Shown here piece after piece: positions 7,301 to 17,427 of a stretch of 58,793 nt of DNA (its first letter is position 1; each line of letters begins with the position of its first letter). The position numbers and the translations under genes are program-made. The stretch is from Pseudomonas fluorescens (lineage in GTDB: Bacteria > Pseudomonadota > Alphaproteobacteria > UBA2136 > UBA6156). Where the stretch lies: positions 1-58,793 of the forward strand of contig QFOU01000002.1 in assembly GCA_003241595.1 (NCBI GenBank). Reading direction: 5' to 3'. The notes below the pieces were generated by a model. The model saw only the letters and a list, made by a program, of their open reading frames with translations, searched no databases and had not been told where the DNA came from.

Positions 7301-9601
7301 TTAAGCAGCCTTGGCCTTAAGGGCATTGAGGGCAGACCCCTGGCGGAACCACGCAAGTTGTTCGTTATTGAACGTGTGGTTGAGCAGGATATCGACCGTG
7401 GAGCCATCGGCGTGGGTGACGGTGCAGGTGATCTGGCTGCCGGGCTTGATGTCCTTCAGGTTGTGGAAGGCAAAGCGGTCGGTGGCTTCGATCAGGTCGT
7501 AATCCGCGCTGTTGGCGAAGGTCAGCGGCAGGATGCCCTGTTTCTTCAGGTTGGTGTGGTGGATACGCGCAAAGGAGCGGGCGATGGCCACACGGCAGCC
7601 CATCCAGCGCGGGGACATGGCGGCGTGCTCACGCGACGAGCCTTCACCCACGTTCTGGTCGCCAACAAATACCCAGCCCTGGCCGGACGCTTTGTATTGG
7701 CGGGCGATGTCGGCGGGGGTGCCTTCGGCACCGGTTTCGACGTTCTGGGTTTTACCTGCGACGCCGGTGTAGGCGTTGACCGCACCGAGGTACATGTTGT
7801 TGGAGATGTTATCCAAGTGACCACGGTACTTGAGCCACGGGCCTGCGGGGGAGATGTGGTCGGTGGTGCACTTGCCCTTCACCTTGATGAGCAGCGGCAG
7901 GTTGGCATAGTCGGCACCATCCCACTTGGTGAACGGAGCGAGGATCTGCAGACGGTCGGACCCCTCGGCCACAATCACTTCGCCATGGGCTTTACCATCC
8001 GGACCGGCGTAGCCGACTTCATCCGGCACGAAACCGCCGGAGGGAACTTCGTCCACTTCGCCCGGGGCACGCAGCATGAAGGTGCTGCCATCGGCGGCTT
8101 CTACTGGCGTATTGAACGGGTCGATATCCAGGCGACCGAACACGGCGTAGGCCAACACCGTTTCCGGCGAGGCAATGAACGAGCAGGTGCTGGCAAAGCC
8201 ATCATTACGCTTGGGGAAGTTACGGTTGTAGGAACTGATGATGGAGTTGGGGGTACCTTCCTTCACATCGTCACGCTTCCATTGGCCGATGCACGGGCCG
8301 CAGGCGTTGGAGAGGACGATCGCGCCCAGTTGCTCCAGCTTGGCCAGTTGACCATCGCGCTTGATGGTGGCGTGAACCTGCTCGGACCCCGGGGTGACCA
8401 TGAGCGGGCACTTGAGCTTGACGCCCTTGGCGATGAGCTGGTCGGCGAGGATACTGATGCGGCCCATGTCCTCGTAGCTGCTGTTGGTGCAGGAGCCGAT
8501 GAGGGCGTAGGTGAGGTTGGCGGGAGCCGGGCCCTTGTTCAGTTCGACCACACGCGGGCTGCTGAGGTGAGCGGCCATTTCCGACGCCTTGGCAAAGGCA
8601 TCCGGGCTGTGCGGGCCGACGAGCGAGGGTTCGAGGTCGGACAGGTTGATGTCGATGACGAGGTCGTAGAACTTTTCCGGGTTCTGGGCGGTTTCGGGGT
8701 CGGCGACCAAAGCCTTGGCGAAGTTGTGGATGATCGGCAGCAGGTCGGCACGTTCGGTGCTCTTCAGGTAGCTGTCCATGCGTTCATCGTACGGGAAGAC
8801 CGAGGTGGTCGCGCCGAGTTCGGCACCCATGTTGCAGATGGTGGCCTTACCGGTGGCGGAGATGGTTTTGCAGCCCGGACCGAAGTATTCGATCACGCGG
8901 TTGGTACCGCCTTCCACGGTGAGGATGTGCAGCAGCTTCTGGATCACGTCCTTGGGAGCGGCCCAGCCCTTGAGGGAGCCCGTGAGGCGCACGCCGACGA
9001 TCTGCGGGTGCAGCACTTCCCACGGCAGGCCGACCATGACGTCCACCGCATCGGCACCGCCGACGCCGCAGGCGAAGCTACCGAGGCCACCACCGTTGGG
9101 GGTGTGGCTGTCGGTACCCAAGAACATTTCGCCGGGGAAAGCGTACTGCTCGAGAGCGACCTGGTGAATGATACCGGCACCGGGCTTCCAGAAACCGAAG
9201 CCGTAGCGCTGGGAGGCATCGTAGAGGAACTTGTAAACTTCTTCGTTCTCGGTGTTGGCGGTGGCCAGGTCGGCCTTGGCGCCGGAGTAGGCACGGATGA
9301 GGTGGTCGCAGTGGACGGTAACCGGCACGGCGGCTTCATCCTTTTGCGCCTGCATGAACTGGAGGATGGCCATTTGGGCGGTGGCATCTTGCAGGATCAC
9401 GCGGTCCGGGTGGAATTCCACGTAAGATTCGCCGCGCACGAGCTCGGCATTTTTAGGATCGGCAAGGTGGCCGTACAGGATCTTTTCGGCGAGGGTCAGC
9501 GGGCGCTTGAGGCGGTCGCGGATGATCTGCAAGTTGGCAGCGGTGGTTTCGTAGACCTTTTGGACAAAGGACGGGGTGGATTCGATTTGCATCGGGGGCA
9601 T
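7301..9601 (-). CDS. Aconitate hydratase, mitochondrial (Aco2)-type, 766 aa
   Basis: Colinear by eye with mitochondrial aconitase. Shared blocks are LTLAEKILYGHL, PDRVILQDATAQMAILQF, GTDSHTPNGGGLG, IGSCTNSSYEDM, NACGPCIGQW, KGKCTTDHISPAGPWLKYRGHLDNISNN and LNHTFNNEQLAWFRQGSALN. Confidence 0.92.
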   Translation of the reverse strand: MPPMQIESTPSFVQKVYETTAANLQIIRDRLKRPLTLAEKILYGHLADPKNAELVRGESYVEFHPDRVILQDATAQMAILQFMQAQKDEAAVPVTVHCDHLIRAYSGAKADLATANTENEEVYKFLYDASQRYGFGFWKPGAGIIHQVALEQYAFPGEMFLGTDSHTPNGGGLGSFACGVGGADAVDVMVGLPWEVLHPQIVGVRLTGSLKGWAAPKDVIQKLLHILTVEGGTNRVIEYFGPGCKTISATGKATICNMGAELGATTSVFPYDERMDSYLKSTERADLLPIIHNFAKALVADPETAQNPEKFYDLVIDINLSDLEPSLVGPHSPDAFAKASEMAAHLSSPRVVELNKGPAPANLTYALIGSCTNSSYEDMGRISILADQLIAKGVKLKCPLMVTPGSEQVHATIKRDGQLAKLEQLGAIVLSNACGPCIGQWKRDDVKEGTPNSIISSYNRNFPKRNDGFASTCSFIASPETVLAYAVFGRLDIDPFNTPVEAADGSTFMLRAPGEVDEVPSGGFVPDEVGYAGPDGKAHGEVIVAEGSDRLQILAPFTKWDGADYANLPLLIKVKGKCTTDHISPAGPWLKYRGHLDNISNNMYLGAVNAYTGVAGKTQNVETGAEGTPADIARQYKASGQGWVFVGDQNVGEGSSREHAAMSPRWMGCRVAIARSFARIHHTNLKKQGILPLTFANSADYDLIEATDRFAFHNLKDIKPGSQITCTVTHADGSTVDILLNHTFNNEQLAWFRQGSALNALKAKAA

Positions 9602-9759
9602 TTCCTCTTAGTGGGCTAGAAATTTCTTATCTCTATGGGGCCGTACACTAGACCTAAATGACCCTAAAAAAAAGAGGGGCAGAACGATGAATTTGTGGGC
9701 AAGCGGCGGAAATGGCGCACCGTTGGGCAGATGTAAGACCGCCGGGTATAGGGAACAGG

Positions 9760-9784
9760 AAAAACCCCCGCCTTGCGGCAGGGG
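9760..9784 (-). terminator. Strand-specific intrinsic terminator closing the 10076..10810 transcript or a downstream RNA
   Basis: Minus strand reads CCCCTGCCgcaaGGCGGGGG then TTTTT. This is an 8-bp stem (one G-U pair) with a GNRA loop. The G-U pair becomes a C-A mismatch on the plus strand. Confidence 0.7.
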
Positions 9785-10075
9785 TTGTAATTCAAAGTGT
9801 CTCGAGATGACGGGTTAATGGCCCGTTAGAGATTTGGTGCTTTGCCTGCGTAGTCTCTTGCAGGCTTGGCGTTTGGCCCACGGGTGGGTACCCGGGCAGG
9901 TTAGATATGGATCACCTCCCTTCAGGCTACGTGACGTATGAGTGCGAACGTCTCCTGAAAGTTCAACAGGTGGGGAGTGCTCATGATACTTCTCCTCTTT
10001 AGTTGCGGGGGTGATACCCGCGGTTAGCCTAACGTTGGGTACGCCAGGGATGGGGGATATGTAGAGAGCGGCCGA

Positions 10076-10810
10076 TCACTCAGCCAACTCCAAAGCGCGA
10101 AGCGAAGGTACGTCAGGCTCGCCGAAAATATCGAGGCGAGACTCACGCGCCTTTGACTGAAGAGCGGCCAGCTTGACTGTACCGCTTACAGTCTCCAACC
10201 TTGGAGTACTCTCCAGCCTTACATCCAGATCGAGGGCACTTGGCACCGTTTCAGCCACGGAGGCAGCATGCGCGGCGGCTTGCTGAGCTTCGGGCGTCTT
10301 CGGCTTAGGGTTGCGATCCTTCGGTTTGGCATAGATATTCACTTTTTCCATCGTGATCGGATGCGAGTCTTTGTGATCCCGCATGGCCGATGCCGACGTT
10401 GGCTTGCGACGATCCGCAAGCATATGCGCCGGGATGGTAAAGAAAAAACCGTGCCTTGCCTGCTCCTGCCTCGCCCATGCCCGGAATTCCGGAGCGGTGA
10501 GCTGGACATAGAGTAAGCTGACTACGGCAGCTGGCGCCATGATCTCGAGGAGGTAGTCGGTGTACGACTGCCCCTGTCCATCGACACAGCGACCGGCGAC
10601 AAAGTCTTTTTGCCATTGAGTATCATAAACCACACCTTTGGGCGCAGCAGCAACCTTGGGCAACCGCTTGCGCGGCTGTCGGGCGGTTACAGTAACATCA
10701 TCTTGCGCTTGCTTTTCAAGCTTCTGCTTGCGTCGTGTTTTTGACTTGAAGCTTCCGTAAAAGGAAGGCTGACTCAGCAGAAGCGCGAATGGATTAACGC
10801 TGATATTCAT
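10076..10810 (-). CDS. Hypothetical 244-aa protein with basic N-terminal region
   Basis: Long ORF with normal composition. Lys/Arg-rich residues 20-50 (KSKTRRKQKLEKQ...RQPRKRLPK). No family recognised. Confidence 0.55.
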   Translation of the reverse strand: MNISVNPFALLLSQPSFYGSFKSKTRRKQKLEKQAQDDVTVTARQPRKRLPKVAAAPKGVVYDTQWQKDFVAGRCVDGQGQSYTDYLLEIMAPAAVVSLLYVQLTAPEFRAWARQEQARHGFFFTIPAHMLADRRKPTSASAMRDHKDSHPITMEKVNIYAKPKDRNPKPKTPEAQQAAAHAASVAETVPSALDLDVRLESTPRLETVSGTVKLAALQSKARESRLDIFGEPDVPSLRALELAE

Positions 10811-11065
10811 CTAGTCCCCTCGGAAAAGATGGAGTGAAATTATCGCCCAGAACTGGGCGTCGAACAACGTAGGGCCTGAATGGCGCGAAATGGGCCTAAG
10901 GTGCACCTGCGTATGCAATTTATATGGCAAAGTTTGCTTGCGGTTGCAAGCCTTTGGGTGCAGATTTAAGCAGATTGGTGTGATGTTTTCGGAACGAGGC
11001 GGGAACCCCGCTGTGAGAGCCGAATTTACTTCCTGCGAAATGACATAAAAACAGAAAGATCCGTT

Positions 11066-12280
11066 ATGGTTTTGAACTTGGCCGAACGCATGAGCACCGT
11101 ACAGCCCAGCGCCATTATCAAAGTGGCCGGCAAAGCCCGCGAACTGAAAGCCGCCGGACTCAATGTTGTCAGCCTGAGTATTGGCGTACCCGGATTTTTG
11201 CCCCCTGCCCACGTGTATGCTGCCGCCCATGCCGCTGTTGATAATGACAGCGGCGACTACCTGCCCGGGCGTGGCAGCGCCGGCTTAGTGACCGCTTTCT
11301 GCAAAAGTTTAGAGGCGCGCGGCTTTGCCTATGCCGAAAATGAAGTGTGCGCACAGGTAGGTGGAAAAGGCGCTCTTTTCAATTTGTTGCTTGCGCTTGT
11401 GAATGAGGGAGATGAAGTGGTCATTCCCGCCCCTTACTGGGCGAGCTACCCCGAAATGGTCAAGATCGTGGGCGGAGTGCCGGTGACCCCGTTGGGGGAT
11501 GCGGCGCATAATTATAAGATCACGCCCCATCAGTTGGCGGCCGTTCTAACCCCGAAGACCAAGGTGGTGATCTTCAACAACCCCAGCAACCCGACCGGCA
11601 TGCTGTACACGCCCGACGAAGTGGCGGCGCTGGCGAAGATCCTTGCCGTGCGGAATGATATCTGGGTCATCAGCGATGATATTTATGACCGCCTTGTTTT
11701 TGACGAGCGCGATGCACCGGGGGGTCGTGCCGCCCAGCTCATGGATTCTGTACCCGACCTGAAGCAGCGCATGGCCATTGTACAGAGTGTGAGCAAAACC
11801 TACGGCATGCCCGGCTGGCGCGTGGGCATGGTTGCGGGGCCCAAGCCCTTGATCGACGCCGTACTGACGCTGACCAGCCAGAGCTTTACCAACCTGCCGA
11901 ATGTCGCCATGGCCGCTGCCACTGCGGCACTTGACGGCCCACAGGACTTTTTGACCCCACAAAAGGCGCGCTTGCTGAAGCAGCGCGACATGACGCTGGA
12001 GGCCCTGGCCGACATGGGCCTGCCCTGCCCGAAGCCCGAGGGGGCGTTCTACGCCTTCCCGCAGATCAAGAGCCTGTTTGGCAAAGTGACCCCCGGCGGC
12101 AAAGAGGTGAGCAACGATGTGGTATTCTGTGAAATGCTGCTTGAAGAAGCGCTTGTTGCCGTGGTGCCCGGCGGGGCCTTTGGTGACGATGGCGCCGTAC
12201 GTATCAGCTACGCGGGAAAGGAAGCCGAGCTGGCCGAAGCGCTGGTGCGGATGGCAGCGTTCGTGAAAAGCCTTGTGTAA
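11066..12280 (+). CDS. Aspartate / aromatic aminotransferase (PLP fold type I)
   Basis: Motifs NNPSNPTG and SKTYGMPGWRVG (PLP lysine). 404 aa. Confidence 0.88.
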   Translation: MVLNLAERMSTVQPSAIIKVAGKARELKAAGLNVVSLSIGVPGFLPPAHVYAAAHAAVDNDSGDYLPGRGSAGLVTAFCKSLEARGFAYAENEVCAQVGGKGALFNLLLALVNEGDEVVIPAPYWASYPEMVKIVGGVPVTPLGDAAHNYKITPHQLAAVLTPKTKVVIFNNPSNPTGMLYTPDEVAALAKILAVRNDIWVISDDIYDRLVFDERDAPGGRAAQLMDSVPDLKQRMAIVQSVSKTYGMPGWRVGMVAGPKPLIDAVLTLTSQSFTNLPNVAMAAATAALDGPQDFLTPQKARLLKQRDMTLEALADMGLPCPKPEGAFYAFPQIKSLFGKVTPGGKEVSNDVVFCEMLLEEALVAVVPGGAFGDDGAVRISYAGKEAELAEALVRMAAFVKSLV

Positions 12281-12297
12281 CCTACACTCACAAGAAC

Positions 12298-12321
12298 GCG
12301 GGCTTAGGCCCGCTTTTTTTT
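12298..12321 (+). terminator. Intrinsic terminator after the aminotransferase
   Basis: GCGGGCttagGCCCGC followed by tttttttt. Confidence 0.75.
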
Positions 12322-12427
12322 ATTTGGTGCGTATGTGTGAGGATGATATAGAGGGGCCAGAATCATTCCTGCGGGAATCTGTTTTGACTGAGCCCTCCCC
12401 CCTCTTCTTTCGTGCATAAGGATACGC

Positions 12428-12946
12428 ATGATGAATATTTTACTCCGTGTCACCGCTATAAAGGCGAAAGTGCACACGCCTATGGAGCAGGCACCTGCGC
12501 GGCCTGCTCCTCAACGCGTGCCTTGGCCTCAAAATACCGCATCCACGCCAACTGTCTTCTTACCGGAGGGCACACCCATTGAAGGCACGCGCCGCGGTGT
12601 AACCATCGATTTTGTTAAGAAAACGGTGTGTGCCGCTTATAATATCGGAATAACGGATATTGAGTCTGACACCCATAGGCGCGAGTTTGTGCTTCCGCGT
12701 CAGGTTGCCATGTATCTGTGTCATATGTTGATTGAAGACAAGATACGACGGAGCTTTCCGAGGATCGGGCAACGCTTTGGCGGGCGCGACCATGCAACCG
12801 TGGCGGGTTCGGTACGGAAAATCGCTACGCGCCTCAAGACCGATACTGCGCTTGCCGAAAAAGTGAATGAGCTTACTGCCATTATCCAAACCGAAGCTGC
12901 CAAGCCCATTCTAAAAATCGATGTGAACGCCCCCGGCCGCATTTAG
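12428..12946 (+). CDS. Stand-alone DnaA domain IV (DnaA_C HTH)-like DNA-binding protein
   Basis: The C-terminal 100 aa read RREFVLPRQVAMYLCHMLIEDKIRRSFPRIGQRFGGRDHATVAGSVRKIATRLKTD. This resembles the DnaA box-binding domain. No AAA+ domain is present. An AAGGA SD precedes the start. Confidence 0.7.
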   Translation: MMNILLRVTAIKAKVHTPMEQAPARPAPQRVPWPQNTASTPTVFLPEGTPIEGTRRGVTIDFVKKTVCAAYNIGITDIESDTHRREFVLPRQVAMYLCHMLIEDKIRRSFPRIGQRFGGRDHATVAGSVRKIATRLKTDTALAEKVNELTAIIQTEAAKPILKIDVNAPGRI

Positions 12947-12964
12947 CCGGGTACGTTCGTAACC

Positions 12965-12994
12965 AAAATGGCTCCCACACGGGGAGCCATTTTT
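12965..12994. terminator. Bidirectional intrinsic terminator (DnaA_C-like gene / atpC)
   Basis: aaaaTGGCTCCCacacgGGGAGCCAtttt. Confidence 0.75.
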
Positions 12995-13005
12995 GCGGAA
13001 ACCTA

Positions 13006-13275
13006 TTAGGCTGCGGCCGGTACGGCCACCGCTGCGGATTCGGCCAGAATGGTCACCGACTGGGGAGTAACCTCGGCAACGCCTGCGCTGACGGTGAAGC
13101 TTTCGACATCGCCATTGGTGTGCGTGACACTCACCAGACCGCCGGGGCGGAGGGTGGATACCAAAGGCATGTGGCCGGGGAGCACACCGAAATCGCCAGC
13201 CTCACCTGCGATGGAGACGTAGGTGGCTTCGGTAGCGGCCATTTGTTGGGCCGGGGTAAGGAGTGTGAACTTCAT
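13006..13275 (-). CDS. atpC: F1 ATP synthase epsilon subunit, N-terminal beta-sandwich domain only (89 aa)
   Basis: GEAGDFGVLPGHMPLVSTLRPGGLVSV...VSAGVAEVTPQSVTILAE matches the epsilon N-domain. It ends in AAVAVPAAA with no helical hairpin. Confidence 0.8.
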   Translation of the reverse strand: MKFTLLTPAQQMAATEATYVSIAGEAGDFGVLPGHMPLVSTLRPGGLVSVTHTNGDVESFTVSAGVAEVTPQSVTILAESAAVAVPAAA

Positions 13276-13432
13276 GACTTCAGCATATATCAGATTTTAC
13301 GATTTTAGGAAGGAGAATCGCGGTTAGGCCACGCTGAAAGCGGCGTTTTATATTCCCCAACCCCACATAACCGTTTGAAACCGAAGCGAAGCGCTGGATA
13401 TGGATAATTTTTTGAATTTATTGAAATGTACG

Positions 13433-13450
13433 GTATCGTATATACGATAC
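13433..13450. repeat. Perfect 18-bp palindrome GTATCGTATATACGATAC in the AT-rich region upstream of atpC
   Basis: The sequence reads identically on both strands. It lies between the terminator at 13451-13475 and the atpC start (13275). Confidence 0.5.
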
Positions 13451-13475
13451 AAAAAAGGAGGCCGCAGCCTCCTTC
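13451..13475 (-). terminator. Intrinsic terminator of the 13495..13866 gene
   Basis: Minus strand reads GGAAGGAGGCtgcgGCCTCCTT followed by TTTT. Confidence 0.7.
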
Positions 13476-13494
13476 CTTGATTTCCGCAACGGAA

Positions 13495-13866
13495 TTACAT
13501 GGCGTTCTTGGCCTTGTTCCATTCCTTGGCAGCCTTGGTCTTGTTGACCTCGGCCTTGCCCTTGGCGGTGGTGGCTTCGGCCTGGTGGGTCGCTGCGTCC
13601 TTGGCATCGGTGGCGGCGGCGTTCAGGTCGCCATCGGCCAGGTTACGCTTGGCAGCCTCGGCATTGGCGTCGGCCATGTTCTGGTGGTAGCTCTCCTTGA
13701 CGTTGTTCACGCCCTGGGCCGACTTTTGGTAAGCGGCTTCGGCACTGTTGCTGATAGCAGCACCAACGCCCTTGTTCTTGTTAGCGTCGGTAGTACCTTC
13801 GGCCTGAGCGGCACCAGCTACGATAAGAGCTGCGGCGGCGGCAGTTGCGAGAAGGGTCTTTTTCAT
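13495..13866 (-). CDS. Secreted low-complexity Ala/Lys/Asn/Glu-rich protein (123 aa)
   Basis: Signal peptide MKKTLLATAAAAALIVAGAAQAEG. GGAGA SD. Has its own terminator. Confidence 0.6.
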   Translation of the reverse strand: MKKTLLATAAAAALIVAGAAQAEGTTDANKNKGVGAAISNSAEAAYQKSAQGVNNVKESYHQNMADANAEAAKRNLADGDLNAAATDAKDAATHQAEATTAKGKAEVNKTKAAKEWNKAKNAM

Positions 13867-14049
13867 GATTCAGGTCTCCCTATGTTACATCAAGGCGCGG
13901 GATAACGAAGAACCCCCTGCACTCTGGTGACCGTAGCCGTTTTGAGCACAGGAGGCTGAAACATCGTTTCGCTTGCCTCGGCGGGGTAACGGACGACCTA
14001 GGGTTCTGTTCCGCTCTTTTTTAAACGCGTAAGGCTGGCGTTTGCCTGC

Positions 14050-14241
14050 TTATTTGGCAGAGCGCACCAGCAGGCCGCTTAACCCTGAACGTGACGACTT
14101 GCGCTGCGCCTCGCGCACCTTGCGCACTTTGGCGCGCAGACCTTCTGTGGATGACTTGCTTTTTGGCGCCCCCTTGGTTTGCGGCGTTGAGTTGAGGTGA
14201 GCGGCGGCAGCGAGGGCTGTGGAGAATACGAATGATTTCAT
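14050..14241 (-). CDS. Small secreted basic protein (63 aa), paralogous 5' end with the next gene
   Basis: Signal peptide MKSFVFSTALAAAA. Its first codons and 5' UTR are duplicated at 14736-14800. Confidence 0.45.
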   Translation of the reverse strand: MKSFVFSTALAAAAHLNSTPQTKGAPKSKSSTEGLRAKVRKVREAQRKSSRSGLSGLLVRSAK

Positions 14242-14290
14242 GGACGGGTCTTTCTTGAGGTTTGGGTTGGTTAACTTTAGGAATCGGTGT
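14226..14290 (-). repeat. Copy A of a duplicated 5' UTR plus signal-peptide start cassette
   Basis: A 17-nt exact match (ACGAATGATTTCATGGA), then roughly 75 percent identity by eye including GGTTAAC, versus 14736-14800. Confidence 0.6.
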
Positions 14291-14751
14291 TATTGGGCGG
14301 CAGGAGCGAGTGCTGCATCCCGTTTGGCGCGCATTTCCTCGTGCTTGCCTTTCATTTCCTCGCGGTGTTTTTTCATTTCGGCGAATTTCTCATCGACCTT
14401 CTCGCGATGTTCTCCGATGCGTTGATCCTGATCTCCGCGGAATTTATCGCGCAGGCCATCGGCCTTGGCGCGACATTCCTTCATAATCGCTTCCTTGGCT
14501 TCGATCCCCTCGGCGGCTTTCATCTTGCCATGACACTCCTCGCGGGCGGCGTGAGCCTCCTTGCGGTGGCCTTCCCGCATCTCTTTCCCTTCGGCACGGA
14601 AGCCTTCGCGCATCTCCTCCATTTTGCCACGCATTTCACCACGCGGGTGGCGGTCGGGCTTACCTTCGACGTCTTCGGCATTGGCAGAAGCGCTGACTGC
14701 GCCCAGGGCAGCAGCCGTGGCCAAGGCGGCGGCGAACACGAATGATTTCAT
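14290..14751 (-). CDS. Secreted, highly charged repeat protein (153 aa; EMREG/KEMREG-type repeats)
   Basis: Signal peptide MKSFVFAAALATAAALGAVSASA. The mature part is dominated by E, K, R, M and H with two Cys. Confidence 0.6.
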   Translation of the reverse strand: MKSFVFAAALATAAALGAVSASANAEDVEGKPDRHPRGEMRGKMEEMREGFRAEGKEMREGHRKEAHAAREECHGKMKAAEGIEAKEAIMKECRAKADGLRDKFRGDQDQRIGEHREKVDEKFAEMKKHREEMKGKHEEMRAKRDAALAPAAQ

Positions 14752-14800
14752 GGAATGGTTTCCTTTGTGAGAGTTGGTTTGGTTAACGTTGAGGTAACTA
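14736..14800 (-). repeat. Copy B of the duplicated 5' UTR plus signal-peptide start cassette
   Basis: See copy A at 14226-14290. Confidence 0.6.
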
Positions 14801-14864
14801 CAGATGTTTTATGGGTGCAGCGCACCATTACGTCTGACAAACACCTTTTTTGCGCCTGACATGC

Positions 14865-14888
14865 AAAAAGCGCCCCCGAAGGAGCGCT
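14865..14888 (-). terminator. Intrinsic terminator directly after atpD
   Basis: Minus strand reads AGCGCTCCttcgGGGGCGCT followed by TTTTT. Confidence 0.65.
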
Positions 14889-14913
14889 GTGAAAACCGTA
14901 GGTTAAGCGGGGC

Positions 14914-17321
<2,408 letters not shown>

Positions 17322-17427
17322 GGCTTTGCCCGTAAAACATTGAACCGGAGTTGGTATTAACCGTTGCCAAGCGTGATAGCCTTAGGGTACGACTTTAACA
17401 ACGTTTGCCGATTACAGGAGCTCTCTG

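Noticed and set aside
7244-9619. 791-aa plus-strand ORF covering the whole aconitase locus.
   Set aside because: It is antisense to a very well-conserved gene. Its translation is Gly/Val/Ala/Asp/His-rich low-complexity sequence, typical of the reverse frame of GC-rich genes. It has no motifs and no SD.
9909-9919. GGATCACCTCC on the plus strand, considered as a fragment of a 16S rRNA 3' end (rRNA pseudogene).
   Set aside because: The flanking sequence does not match the conserved 16S helix 45 region or the ITS. Only the 11-mer matches. It is treated instead as an SD-like complement on the minus strand (see the finding at 9602-10075).
9908-9930. Possible prfB-style programmed frameshift (SD-like element next to a TGA stop).
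   Set aside because: In prfB the SD lies upstream of the slippery CUU UGA site. Here the SD-like element follows the stop, there is no slippery sequence, and no long downstream frame is fused.
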